DNA of 64,000 nucleotides from an uncultured bacterium (lineage in GTDB: Bacteria; Krumholzibacteriota; Krumholzibacteriia; LZORAL124-64-63). This document shows, one piece after another, positions 1-9,324 of the stretch (position 1 is its first letter; each line of letters begins with the position of its first letter). The stretch lies in contig CAVSGO010000008.1 in the NCBI GenBank assembly GCA_963727525.1, forward strand, positions 128,001 to 192,000, given 5' to 3'. Under the pieces are notes generated by a model. The model saw only the letters and a program-made list of their open reading frames with translations, searched no databases and was not told the origin of the DNA. The translations under genes were made by a program, and so were the position numbers.

Positions 1-2
1 GC

Positions 3-176
3 GTGCGCATCGTGCGCGCGAGCGCCGTGTCCGCGGTGCTGGCGCTCATGGTGCCGGGATACGTGCTGTATTACGTGTGGCGATCGCCGTACCGGATGCC
101 GCGGCTGGTGCGCCTCTGGTGCGGGTGCGCGGTGGCGATGCTGACAGGGCTGTGGCTGATCACCGTGGTGAGCTAG
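3..176 (+). CDS. 3' end of a membrane protein, truncated by the window start
   Basis: Open frame VRIVRASAVSAVLALMVPGYVLYYVWRSP...LTGLWLITVVS* with hydrophobic segments; TAG at 174-176. Confidence 0.5.
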   Translation: MRIVRASAVSAVLALMVPGYVLYYVWRSPYRMPRLVRLWCGCAVAMLTGLWLITVVS

Positions 177-262
177 CCGGGGAAGGGGCGCGCCCGGGAT
201 CGAGGCGCGAGGCCGCCGCGAATCGCCGATCCATGACGAGACGTGATGCAGGAGGGACCGCG

Positions 263-712
263 ATGACCAAGCTGTGGAAGAAGGGACGCGGCAAGCTGGG
301 TGCCCTCGCGCCGCTGGTGGGGCAATGGGTGGCCGAGACGTCGACCGAGATGGGGCCGATGCGCTGCACGCGCAGGCTCGAACCCGTGCTCGGCGGTAGC
401 TACCTGCAGCTCGAGGCGCGCTGGGAGTTCGGCGACGGGCGCGCGTACGAGGAGATCGCGCTGATCGGCGTGGGCGACGGCGGTGTGGTGACGTTCTGGT
501 CGTTCACGTCCGACGGCAAGCGCTCGCAGGGCTGCCTGGTGGACGTCACCGATCTGCACCCCGAGGCGATCGGCTTCGAGGCGCAGATGCCGGCCGGCCT
601 GGCGCGCATGGCCTACTGGCCCGATGCGGAGGGCGGCTTCCACTGGGTGGTGGAGGCGCGGCGGCAGAAGGGTTGGCGGCGCTTCGTGGAACATCGCTAC
701 CGACCGGCGTGA
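263..712 (+). CDS. Hypothetical protein (DUF1579-like beta-barrel)
   Basis: GGAGG at 251, ATG at 263; LAPLVGQW...LGGSYLQLE pattern. Confidence 0.6.
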   Translation: MTKLWKKGRGKLGALAPLVGQWVAETSTEMGPMRCTRRLEPVLGGSYLQLEARWEFGDGRAYEEIALIGVGDGGVVTFWSFTSDGKRSQGCLVDVTDLHPEAIGFEAQMPAGLARMAYWPDAEGGFHWVVEARRQKGWRRFVEHRYRPA

Positions 713-752
713 TGCGCTACTGACGAATCCCCTTTTTCGATACTCTTTATGT

Positions 753-812
753 ACCCAGGAAAATGTTGTTGGACCCAGGAATTGATGAATCGTGATTGGT
801 GCCGGCACCAAT
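753..812. promoter_or_regulatory. Candidate operator region upstream of the SDR operon
   Basis: AT-rich intergenic DNA with direct repeat ACCCAGGAA at 753 and 773 and a perfect 18-bp palindrome ATTGGTGCCGGCACCAAT at 795-812. Confidence 0.4.
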
Positions 813-903
813 TCGCATGATACGTCAATTACTTGTGGTGGTTATCCGGCGATAGGCCGGTGGGGAGATTGCATCAACAATCTACGCGGTACGAGGTAGT
901 GAC

Positions 904-1620
904 ATGAAGGACAGGCATATCGTGGTGGTGGGCGGAGGCTCGGGCATCGGCCGCGGCATCGCGCAGGCGGCGCACGCCGCCGGAGCCGAGGTGACGATCG
1001 TCGGCCGCACGCGCAAGAAGCTCGACGACGTGGCCGGCGAGTTGAAGGGCGGCGCGGCCGTGCACGTGGTGGCGGCCAACGTCACCGAGGAGGCCGACGT
1101 GCAGCAGCTCTTCGAGGCCGTGCCGCACTTCGATCATCTCGTGAGTACCGTGGCCGACCTCGCCTATGCACCGATCGCGCGCCTCGAGGTGGCGGCCGCG
1201 CGCCGGTCGCTCGAGTCGAAGCTGCTGAGCGCGCTGCTGCTCGCCAAGCATGGGGGGCCGTGGGTGCGCGAGGGCGGCAGCCTCACCTTCATCTCGGGAG
1301 TGGCGGCCTACCGGCCGATGAGTGGCGGCGTGCTCGTGGCGACCGCCAATGGCGCTCTGGCCTCCATGGTCGCGTCCCTGGCCCTGGAACTGGCCCCGGT
1401 GCGGGTGAACGCCGTGTCGCCCGGCTGGATCGACACCCCGATCTGGGACACCGTGGCCGGCGAACGCAAGGGCGAGGTGCAGGCGCAGATGGCCGCGCGC
1501 CTGCCCGTGGGGCGCATCGGCCAGCCGGGGGACATCGCGCAGGCCGTGCTGAGCGTGATGGGCAACGGTTTCATCACCGGCACCGTCATCCACGTCGATG
1601 GCGGCCATCGACTCGTCTAG
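904..1620 (+). CDS. Short-chain dehydrogenase/reductase (SDR)
   Basis: VVGGGSGIG Rossmann motif; VRVNAVSPGWIDT; ITGTVIHVDGG. Confidence 0.92.
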   Translation: MKDRHIVVVGGGSGIGRGIAQAAHAAGAEVTIVGRTRKKLDDVAGELKGGAAVHVVAANVTEEADVQQLFEAVPHFDHLVSTVADLAYAPIARLEVAAARRSLESKLLSALLLAKHGGPWVREGGSLTFISGVAAYRPMSGGVLVATANGALASMVASLALELAPVRVNAVSPGWIDTPIWDTVAGERKGEVQAQMAARLPVGRIGQPGDIAQAVLSVMGNGFITGTVIHVDGGHRLV

Positions 1621-1638
1621 CGACAGGAGAGCTGCCTC

Positions 1639-2079
1639 ATGAGCGAGGTCGATCTGCCGGCCGGATACGCCATCTCCACCGACCCCGTCCGCCTCGACCG
1701 CGACGCCATCTTCGCGTTCCTCTCGCGGAGCTACTGGGCGGCGGGCATCGCGCGCGAGGTGATGGAACGGTCGCTGGAGCATGCGCTGTGCTTCGGGGTC
1801 TACCACGGCGAAGTCCAGGTGGGCTTCGCGCGCGTGGTGACCGATCGCGCCACGTTCGGCTATCTCGCCGATGTCTATATCCTCGAGGAACACCGGGGTC
1901 GGGGCCTCTCGCGTGCGCTCATGGACACGGTCATGGCGCATCCCGACCTGCAGGGGTTGCGGCGATTCATGCTGGCCACGCGCGACGCGCACGGGCTCTA
2001 TCGGAAGTTCGGCTTCACCGACGTCAGCAAGCCGGGGAGCTTGATGGAGATCCTACACCCGTATGCCGTCACACCCTAG
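1639..2079 (+). CDS. GNAT family N-acetyltransferase
   Basis: SYWA...QVGFARVVTD...YLADVYILEEHRGRGL...AHGLYRKFGF; RBS AGGAG. Confidence 0.92.
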   Translation: MSEVDLPAGYAISTDPVRLDRDAIFAFLSRSYWAAGIAREVMERSLEHALCFGVYHGEVQVGFARVVTDRATFGYLADVYILEEHRGRGLSRALMDTVMAHPDLQGLRRFMLATRDAHGLYRKFGFTDVSKPGSLMEILHPYAVTP

Positions 2080-2169
2080 ATCGTCATGGCGCATTGCTGA
2101 TCCCGCGGTTCATGGCGATATGGCGGAGGACCGCCGGGACGACGTTTCCCCGACTCAGCAGGACTCACC

Positions 2170-2641
2170 ATGGCCCGATACACCGCCACCATCACCTGGC
2201 GCCGCGAGGGTGCGGCGTTCGTCGACAACCGCTACAGCCGGGGGCATCGCTGGCTCTTCGACGGCGGCGTGGAGGTGCCCGCGTCGGCGTCGCCGCACGT
2301 GGTGCCGGCGCCGATGTCGGTGGCCGCGGCCGTGGATCCGGAGGAGGCGTTCATCGCCGCGCTGGCGAGCTGCCACATGCTGTGGTTCCTGTCGCTCGCG
2401 GTGGAACGGGGCCTCGTCGTGGATTCCTACGACGACGAGGCGGACGGCGCGCTCGGCAAGGATGCGGACGGTCGATCTGGCGATGACGCGGGTGACCCTG
2501 CGGCCCCGGGTGACGTTCGCCGATGCGCCGCCGCCGGCGACGCGCGAGATCCAGCATCTGCACGACGAGGCGCACGCGCGGTGCTTCATCGCGAGCTCCG
2601 TCAAGACGGACGTGCGCTGCGAGCCCCGGGAGGCCAGGCCG
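2170..2641 (+). pseudogene. OsmC/Ohr family protein split by a +1 frameshift near 2475 (or an assembly error)
   Basis: The N-half (YSRGHRW.FDGG, DPEEAFIAALASCHML) is in the 2170 frame; the C-half (LAMTRVTLRPRV...AHARCFIASSVKTDV) is in the +1 frame. Confidence 0.75.
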
Positions 2642-3043
2642 ATGACGGATCTGACGATCATCCTGGACAACCGCCCGGGAACTCTCGCCGAGATGGGAGA
2701 AGCGCTCGGACGCGCCGGCGTGGGCGTGGAAGGGGGCGGCGCGTGGCTGGTGAACGGCGAGGGCGTGGCGCATTTCCTCGTCGAGGACGGCGCCACGGCA
2801 CGGCGCACGCTCGAGGCCAGCGGCATCACCGTGCGCGACGCCCGCGAGGTCGTCACGCTGCGTCTGCAGCAGGACGTGCCGGGCCAGCTCGGCCTGGTCA
2901 CCCGGCGCATGGCCGATGCGGGCGTGAACATCGAGGTGCTCTACAGCGACCATGACCACCGGCTCGTCCTCGTGGTGGACGACGTCGCGCGCGGACGCGC
3001 GGTCGCCGAAGCCTGGATCCGCGAGTCTGCACGGGGATCATGA
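2642..3043 (+). CDS. ACT-domain (amino-acid-binding) protein
   Basis: MTDLTIILDNRPGTLAEMGEALG...QDVPGQLG...AGVNIEVLYSD, two ACT repeats; GGAGG upstream. Confidence 0.85.
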   Translation: MTDLTIILDNRPGTLAEMGEALGRAGVGVEGGGAWLVNGEGVAHFLVEDGATARRTLEASGITVRDAREVVTLRLQQDVPGQLGLVTRRMADAGVNIEVLYSDHDHRLVLVVDDVARGRAVAEAWIRESARGS

Positions 3044-3081
3044 TGCCAGCGCGCACCGAGACATCTGAGGAAAGGCATGGG

Positions 3082-3540
3082 ATGACGTTCACCGCGCAGA
3101 TGATCGAACGACGGCAGATGGTGGAGGACCGCGTCGTGCAGCTCTTCGTGGCGACCGATCGCCGCGACTGGCCGGCGGTCGCGGAGTGTTTCGCCGACAC
3201 GTTCATCCTCGACATGACGTCGATGGTCGGGGGGACGCCGCAGACGCTCACGCCCGCGGGGATCACGGCGATGTGGGCGGCCGGCTTCCAGAACCTCGAC
3301 CACGTGCACCACCAGGTCGGCAACTTCCAGACGGTGCTCGTGGACGACACGGCGACCGTGCGCTGCCATGGCGTGGCGTTCCATCACCGCGCCGGCATCG
3401 CGGCATCGCTGAAGACGCGGATCTTCGTGGGCGACTACGAGATCCAGCTCCGGCTGGCGGAGCGCGCGTGGCGGATCACGCTGCTGCGCTTCAACCTGAA
3501 ATTCATCGACGGCAATCGCGAACTCGAGACGGCGGAGTGA
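3082..3540 (+). CDS. SnoaL-like / NTF2 family protein
   Basis: LFVATDRRDW...HHQVGN...GDYEIQL...WRIT pattern; alternative start at 3040. Confidence 0.8.
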   Translation: MTFTAQMIERRQMVEDRVVQLFVATDRRDWPAVAECFADTFILDMTSMVGGTPQTLTPAGITAMWAAGFQNLDHVHHQVGNFQTVLVDDTATVRCHGVAFHHRAGIAASLKTRIFVGDYEIQLRLAERAWRITLLRFNLKFIDGNRELETAE

Positions 3541-3544
3541 AGCC

Positions 3545-4171
3545 ATGCCACCCACGGTGAACGCGACCGAGGCCCTGGAGCGCCTGCGCGAGGGCAATCG
3601 ACGCTTCGTGTCGGGCGTGCGCAGCCTCGACACGCTCATGACCCAGACGCGTCTGCACGAGTTCGTGGACAGCCAGGCGCCCTTCGCGGTGATCCTCGGC
3701 TGCTCCGACTCGCGCGTGCCGGTGGAGATCGTCTTCGATCAAGGGCTGGGCGATCTCTTCGTGATCCGCGTGGCGGGGAACATCGTGGCGCCCTCGCAGA
3801 TCGGCAGCGTGGAGTTCGCGGCCGAGAAGTTCGGCACGCGGCTCGTGGTGGTGCTGGGGCACACCCACTGCGGTGCCGTGGACGCGACCCTGGAGCAGCT
3901 CCAGCGGCCGTCGGAACAGCAGTCGCGCAATCTGAGCTCCATCGTCAACCGCGTGCGGGCCTCGGTGGTGTCCCTGCTCGCCACCGACCTCAGGAACGAT
4001 CCCGCCGCCCTCGCCCGGGAGGCCGTGCGCGCGCACGTGCGGGTGTCGGTGGATGCGCTCCGGCACGGATCCGAGGTGCTCGAGCGCCTCATCATGAGCG
4101 ACGACCTGCAGATCGTCGGCGCCGAGTATGCGCTGGAGACCGGCGAGGTGGATTTCTTCGACGTCGTCTGA
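3545..4171 (+). CDS. Beta-class carbonic anhydrase
   Basis: GCSDSRVP, GDLFVIRVAGN and VLGHTHCGAV zinc motifs. Confidence 0.95.
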   Translation: MPPTVNATEALERLREGNRRFVSGVRSLDTLMTQTRLHEFVDSQAPFAVILGCSDSRVPVEIVFDQGLGDLFVIRVAGNIVAPSQIGSVEFAAEKFGTRLVVVLGHTHCGAVDATLEQLQRPSEQQSRNLSSIVNRVRASVVSLLATDLRNDPAALAREAVRAHVRVSVDALRHGSEVLERLIMSDDLQIVGAEYALETGEVDFFDVV

Positions 4172-4198
4172 CCGACCCCCGATCCCGAGGATGCAATC

Positions 4199-4657
4199 AT
4201 GCTCTACCTGCTGCTGAAGTTCGTGCACGTGCTGTCCGCCATCGCGGCGCTGGGCGCCAACGTCACCTATGGCGTGTGGATCGTGCGCGGGCGCCGCGAC
4301 CCGCAGTCGCTGCTCTTCGCGCTGCGCGGCGTGAAGGTGCTCGACGATCGCGTGGCCAATCCCGGCTACGGCCTGCTGCTGATCACGGGGCTGGCGATGG
4401 CCATGGTCTCGAAGCTGCCGTTCTCCACGCCATGGCTCTCGCTGGCGATGACGCTGTACGTGGTGCTCGTGCTGCTCGGGCTGCTCGGCTACACGCCGGC
4501 GCTGAAGCGTCAGATCCAGAGCCTCGAGAGCGGCGGGGCCGACTCGCCGGCCTATCGGGCCGCGGCCCGCCAGGGACGGCAACTCGGCGCGGTGCTCGGC
4601 GTGCTGGCGATCGTGATCGTCTACCTCATGGTCGTGAAGCCGGCGCTCTGGGCGTGA
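4199..4657 (+). CDS. DUF2269-like membrane protein
   Basis: LKFVHVLSAI N-terminus, four TM segments, C-terminal YLMVVKP. Confidence 0.75.
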   Translation: MLYLLLKFVHVLSAIAALGANVTYGVWIVRGRRDPQSLLFALRGVKVLDDRVANPGYGLLLITGLAMAMVSKLPFSTPWLSLAMTLYVVLVLLGLLGYTPALKRQIQSLESGGADSPAYRAAARQGRQLGAVLGVLAIVIVYLMVVKPALWA

Positions 4658-4663
4658 GCGGGG

Positions 4664-5848
4664 CTACATCTTGGTGTCGGAGGTCTCGACCGGCCGGAAC
4701 GTCGGCAAGACCCGATCGAAGATCGCCAGGAGCACGAACGGGATGACGAGGATCACCACCGCCGCCAGGATCCCCTCGCGGTCGAAGAGTCCCGGCACGT
4801 AGGTCTCGCGGAAGCCGCGCATGCTCTTCGAGAACATCTGGCCGCCGATCACCACGTTCCAGCGCATCGAGAACACCTGCAGCAGCATCAGCAGCGAGGC
4901 CACCATGGTGAGCGTGTTGCGGACGCGGTCGGCCAGGTACCGGTCCATCACGACGACGAGCATCAGCAGGATGAACGGGATGAGGCCGCCCACCACCATC
5001 TGGATCGAGATGAACGAGATCGAGAGCTGGTGGGTGAGCAGGTAGCTGATGACCTCCCACTCCTCGGCCTTCTCGTAGGCGAGCGTCATGATCTCCAGCA
5101 CCTCGAGCGTCAGGCTCATGATGCCGAAGAGCCAGAGCCAGCGCGCCATCGCCGAGATCACGGGCTGCTCGATCGGACGGCCCTTGATCTTCATGGTGAC
5201 CTGGTAGAGCACGATGAGCAGGGCGATGCCCGAGACCATGGCCGAGAACAGGAAGATGACCGGCATCAGCGGCGTCGACCACCACGGGTTCGCCTTCAAT
5301 GCGCCGAAGAGGAACCCCACGTAGCCGTGCAGAAGACAGGCGAGTGGGATGCCGATGGCGGCAAGCACGCGAATGATGCGGTGGTCGTTGTGCAGGGCTT
5401 CCGGTGTCACGTCGTACACGCCCAGGGCCAGGCACGAGTAGAATGTCCGGCGCCAGCCGCCGCTGGCGGCGGCACGCGCCACGATATCCGGCCTGAACAC
5501 GAACCAGACCTCGAAGAGCAGCACGATGAAGTACGCCGCGTAGAGGATGCCGAAGCCCGCCATGGCCGAGTTGAAGTTGGGCGTGATGACGATGTTGATG
5601 CCGCGTTCCGGATGACCGAGGTGGTTGAGTAGCGGAAACGTCGCGACCGAGAGGAAACAGAGCGACGTGGCCAGGGCGAAACGCGATAGCGTGCGGAATT
5701 CCTCGCGGCCAAAAACATGGTAGAGCGACGACACCAGGAATGCCCCGGCCACCAGCCCCGTGATGTACGGGTAGAGCACGATCATGAGGCTCCAGTTGAT
5801 GTGGACGTCGTTGGGGAACAGGTAGCCCGTCAGTTCGGAAACCATCAT
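4664..5848 (-). CDS. nrfD: NrfD/PsrC family quinol-interacting membrane subunit
   Basis: W...IVLYPYITGLVAG, HLGHPER, LHGYVGFLF, multiple TM helices, RWNVVIGGQ; ATGA overlap with the upstream gene. Confidence 0.88.
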   Translation of the reverse strand: MMVSELTGYLFPNDVHINWSLMIVLYPYITGLVAGAFLVSSLYHVFGREEFRTLSRFALATSLCFLSVATFPLLNHLGHPERGINIVITPNFNSAMAGFGILYAAYFIVLLFEVWFVFRPDIVARAAASGGWRRTFYSCLALGVYDVTPEALHNDHRIIRVLAAIGIPLACLLHGYVGFLFGALKANPWWSTPLMPVIFLFSAMVSGIALLIVLYQVTMKIKGRPIEQPVISAMARWLWLFGIMSLTLEVLEIMTLAYEKAEEWEVISYLLTHQLSISFISIQMVVGGLIPFILLMLVVVMDRYLADRVRNTLTMVASLLMLLQVFSMRWNVVIGGQMFSKSMRGFRETYVPGLFDREGILAAVVILVIPFVLLAIFDRVLPTFRPVETSDTKM

Positions 5849-6651
5849 CGGACCTCCATGTCGAGGCCGAGGTAGTAACATTGAGGCTTGGTCAGCAGCT
5901 GCGGCTGCAGCACCTGCACGCGGCGCGTCGCGAGAATCTCGTTGACCGGGTCATCCGGATTCAGGCGGTCACCCAGCATGCGTGCGCCTACGGGACAGAT
6001 GCCGACGCAGGCCGTGGTCAGACCGTGGCTTAGGCGGTGGCAGCAGAGCGTGCACTTGTCGGCGGTGTGCGTGTGCGGATTCAGAAAGCGACTCCCATAC
6101 GGACAGGCCTGCACGCAGTAGCCGCAGCCGATGCAACGCTTGCCGTCGACCAGCACCACGCCGTCGTCGGTTCGGTACGAGGCACCGACCGGGCATACCT
6201 GGATACACGGTGTCTGTTCGCAGTGGTTGCAGAGCTTGGGTACGAAGAAGGACTTGCGCACGGTCATGGCCGTCGAGAGAGGCTCAAAACCCTGCTCGCC
6301 GCCAAGCGGTGAATCGACGAAGGCCTCACCTTCCACCGGAATCTCGTAGCGTTCGATCCAGGTGCGATACACGCCGGCAGGTACGGCGTTCTCGGCACGG
6401 CAAGCCCGCGCGCAGGCGCCGCAGCCGATGCATTTGGTCGTATCGACGAGGTACACCCAGCGATGCCGCGACCAGTCGTAGGCTGGTGCCGACAACTCGC
6501 TCGCCGCCGCGTCGTCGCGCAGGATGACGCCGAAGGCCACCGCGATGGCGGCGTAGCCACCCAGGGCGGCAGCCTCACGGAGGAACTCGCGACGGCTCTT
6601 CGCTCGCGAGCCGCGCAAGTCGGCGAGGGCGGGATCGATGGTCTGCGTCAT
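5845..6651 (-). CDS. NrfC/PsrB-like 4Fe-4S protein with Tat signal
   Basis: SRREFL twin-arginine motif; CIGCGACARAC, CNHC..PCIQVCP, CIGCGYCVQACP, KCTLC...CVGICP. Confidence 0.92.
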   Translation of the reverse strand: MTQTIDPALADLRGSRAKSRREFLREAAALGGYAAIAVAFGVILRDDAAASELSAPAYDWSRHRWVYLVDTTKCIGCGACARACRAENAVPAGVYRTWIERYEIPVEGEAFVDSPLGGEQGFEPLSTAMTVRKSFFVPKLCNHCEQTPCIQVCPVGASYRTDDGVVLVDGKRCIGCGYCVQACPYGSRFLNPHTHTADKCTLCCHRLSHGLTTACVGICPVGARMLGDRLNPDDPVNEILATRRVQVLQPQLLTKPQCYYLGLDMEVR

Positions 6652-6678
6652 GGCGTCTCCTTACGGGTCATCGAATCG

Positions 6679-7164
6679 TCACAGCGGTGCGTGCGGGTCG
6701 TGGCAGTCGAAACAGACGTCGGGCGTGAACTCGGCATCCTGCTCCTGCAAGTGCTCGCGCGGCTGGATCTGGGGAAACGTCGCCGGCCGAGCCTCGAGCC
6801 GGCGGTGACAGCCGAGGCAGAGATCGGCGCTGCGGCGGATCGGCATGTCGGCGACCCTGGCACCGCCGGCGACATGGACGGCGAGCGGTGCGTGGCACGA
6901 CTCGCAGTGCACGCTGTGATGTCCGCCCGCGGCGTGCGTGGCGAACTGATCGGCGTGGCATTCCTGACACGACGTGTCGCCTCCGTGGCGCACGGGCAAC
7001 GCGCGGAACTCCGCCACGCTGGCGCCGCGATAGTGTCCGTACTGGCCGAAGGTGTCCGGAACGAAGAACGACCGCCCGAGCAGGAGGGCCACCACGAGGA
7101 CCAGCAACGCGATGAACGCGCGCAAGATGTGCTTGGCGTGAAAGAGAGGACTGCGACTATCCAT
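6679..7164 (-). CDS. Membrane-anchored tetraheme cytochrome c
   Basis: N-terminal hydrophobic helix and four CxxCH motifs (CQECH, CESCH, CLGCH, CFDCH). Confidence 0.9.
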   Translation of the reverse strand: MDSRSPLFHAKHILRAFIALLVLVVALLLGRSFFVPDTFGQYGHYRGASVAEFRALPVRHGGDTSCQECHADQFATHAAGGHHSVHCESCHAPLAVHVAGGARVADMPIRRSADLCLGCHRRLEARPATFPQIQPREHLQEQDAEFTPDVCFDCHDPHAPL

Positions 7165-7441
7165 GCCTTACGTCCTTGCGACGATGGTCAGTACCGATCC
7201 GGGATAGCGACTCCCGGGACACGAGCCACGCGAGAAACGAGGGTGGTCGCGGCCGGGCCGGCGGCGGTGGCGGCAGTTCCTCGCGGCGGGCGAGCCAGCG
7301 CAGAAGCCCGGGATCGCGATGCGGCGCCGCCGGTGGTGGCGTGGCCAGGGTCGCGCGGGAGAAAAGCCAGGTGACGAAGGCGGGGATGCGCCCGGCGCGA
7401 GAGCGCGGTGCGGTGTCGCTGGTATGAGGTCTGCGGGACAT
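7157..7441 (-). CDS. Small hypothetical protein with three W-L-x-x-R repeats
   Basis: Strong RBS GAGGAGG; stop overlaps the cytochrome start by 8 bp; repeats FVTWLFSRATL / LLRWLARREEL / FLAWLVSRESL. Confidence 0.6.
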   Translation of the reverse strand: MSRRPHTSDTAPRSRAGRIPAFVTWLFSRATLATPPPAAPHRDPGLLRWLARREELPPPPPARPRPPSFLAWLVSRESLSRIGTDHRRKDVRHG

Positions 7442-7672
7442 GCGACCTCCTCGGCCTGGGTTGGGCGAGAAAACCTATTATATCCCTATGAAATCCCACC
7501 TGTCCACGAAAGTCTTTGCTGTTGATTTTCAATAACCGGACTCTGGCACACCGCTGCCCCTGTTTGCTCGATCCCTCGCGGTTCACCATATTTCGGGGGC
7601 CGCGGGGTCTGGGTCGACTCCTCGCGGACGGCGGCCTCTCGCCCCGGCGTATCATCCGGACGGTATGCTCCG

Positions 7673-8578
7673 ATGCTGAACAAGCTGATCGTCACCTGCT
7701 TGCCGCTGGTTCCCCGGTCGATCGTCCGGCGCGTGTCGCGGCGCTACATCGCGGGCGATGTGCTGCAGGACGCCATCGACACCACCATGCGCCTCAACCG
7801 CGAGGAAGGCGCCTGGACCACGATAGACGTGCTCGGGGAGTTCGTGGAGGACCGTGGCCGCGCGCTGCACGAGAAAGGCTCCAGCCGAGGCGTGCTCGAG
7901 GCGATCAGCGGACACGACCTGACGAACGTGGCGGGGCTGTCCCTGAAGCCCACCAGCCTCGGCCTGGGGCTGGACTTCGATTTCGGCTACGGCAACATCC
8001 GCGAGCTGGTGACCCGGGCGCGCGATTCCGGCATCTTCGTGTGCATCGACATGGAGAACAGCCCACACACCGACGCCACTCTGCGCCTCTACCGCAAGCT
8101 GCGCGACGAGGGCTTCACGAACGTGGGCACCGTGATCCAGGCCATGCTGCGTCGGAGCGAGAAGGACATCCTCTCGCTGCGTGACTACCAGCCGACCATC
8201 CGCCTCTGCAAGGGCATCTACCGCGAGAGCAGGGACGTGGCCTTCACCGACCGCGAGGAGGTGCGTGGCAACTACAAACGGCTGCTGCGCCTCATGCTCG
8301 ACAGCGGCATGTACCCGGCCATCGCCACCCATGACGACCCGCTCATCGCCGACGCGCGCGCCGTCATCGCGGAGCGCAACCTGCGACCTGACCAGTACGA
8401 GTTCCAGATGCTGCTGGGCGTGAAGGAGTCGACCCGCCGCCAGATCCTGCAGGATGGCCACCACCTGCGCGTGTACGTGCCCTTCGGCGAGGACTGGTAC
8501 GGGTATTCCACGCGGCGTCTCAAGGAAAACCCGGCGATGGCCGGCATGATCGCCAAGGCGGTGCTGCTGCGTCAGTGA
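7673..8578 (+). CDS. Monofunctional proline dehydrogenase
   Basis: RRYIAG, SLKPTSLG, IDME, IRLCKGIY, IATHD, EFQMLLGV, VYVPFG..WYGY..RRLKENP. Confidence 0.93.
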   Translation: MLNKLIVTCLPLVPRSIVRRVSRRYIAGDVLQDAIDTTMRLNREEGAWTTIDVLGEFVEDRGRALHEKGSSRGVLEAISGHDLTNVAGLSLKPTSLGLGLDFDFGYGNIRELVTRARDSGIFVCIDMENSPHTDATLRLYRKLRDEGFTNVGTVIQAMLRRSEKDILSLRDYQPTIRLCKGIYRESRDVAFTDREEVRGNYKRLLRLMLDSGMYPAIATHDDPLIADARAVIAERNLRPDQYEFQMLLGVKESTRRQILQDGHHLRVYVPFGEDWYGYSTRRLKENPAMAGMIAKAVLLRQ

Positions 8579-8584
8579 TGGAGG

Positions 8585-9316
8585 TCAGCGACCGTACCCG
8601 AGCCGCTCGGCCAGCGTGGCGGGCAGCTCGGCGGCGAGGATCTTCGACTGCGTCAGCGCCACCTCGTAGTTGACGCGATACAGCTCCACGCAACCCTTCT
8701 CCTGATCGTAGAGACCGAACGATGCGCGCGGGTCGCCGTCTCGCGGCTGGCCCACGCTGCCCACGTTCATCAGGTAGCGCGCGTCCGGATCGATAAGCAC
8801 GGGATCGGTGGCGGAGAAGGGGATGCGCCCCACGTCGCTCTGCACGGCGATCGGCTGGTGTGTGTGTCCGAAGAAGCACAGCGGTGTCGACAGGGCCTCG
8901 AGGGCGCGGTCGGCATCGGTCTGGCTCGAGATGTAGTTCCACGCGCCAGGGTCCACCGGCGAGTCGTGCACGAACGTGATGGCGTCATCGAGCTGGGCCG
9001 ATAGCGGCAACTCGCGCAGCCAGGCCAGCTGGTCGGCCGAGAGCGCCTGGCGGGTCCATTCGACGGCCACCACGGCGCGGCGGGTGGTGAAGGGGTCCAC
9101 ACGGCCGGTGCCTACCATCTCGTCGTGGTTGCCGCGGATCACCGTGAACGGATCGAGGGCGCGGATGCGGTCGATACACGCGCCGGGGTCGGCGCCGTAG
9201 CCCACCACATCGCCGAGGCACACGAAGCGATCGACTCCGAGCGACGTGGCGCGATGCACCACGGCCTCGAGCGCCTCCAGATTTGCATGGACGTCCGAGA
9301 AAATGGCGAGGCGCAT
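8585..9316 (-). CDS. Metallophosphoesterase (calcineurin-like)
   Basis: SDVHAN, LGDVVGYG, GNHD, GHTH, NVGSVGQPRDG. Confidence 0.92.
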   Translation of the reverse strand: MRLAIFSDVHANLEALEAVVHRATSLGVDRFVCLGDVVGYGADPGACIDRIRALDPFTVIRGNHDEMVGTGRVDPFTTRRAVVAVEWTRQALSADQLAWLRELPLSAQLDDAITFVHDSPVDPGAWNYISSQTDADRALEALSTPLCFFGHTHQPIAVQSDVGRIPFSATDPVLIDPDARYLMNVGSVGQPRDGDPRASFGLYDQEKGCVELYRVNYEVALTQSKILAAELPATLAERLGYGR

Positions 9317-9324
9317 GCCGTTCC

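Noticed and set aside
858-873. GG-N10-GC with TTGCA upstream of the SDR gene
   Set aside because: The -24 half (CGGTGGG) is too far from TGGCAC to call a sigma54 promoter.
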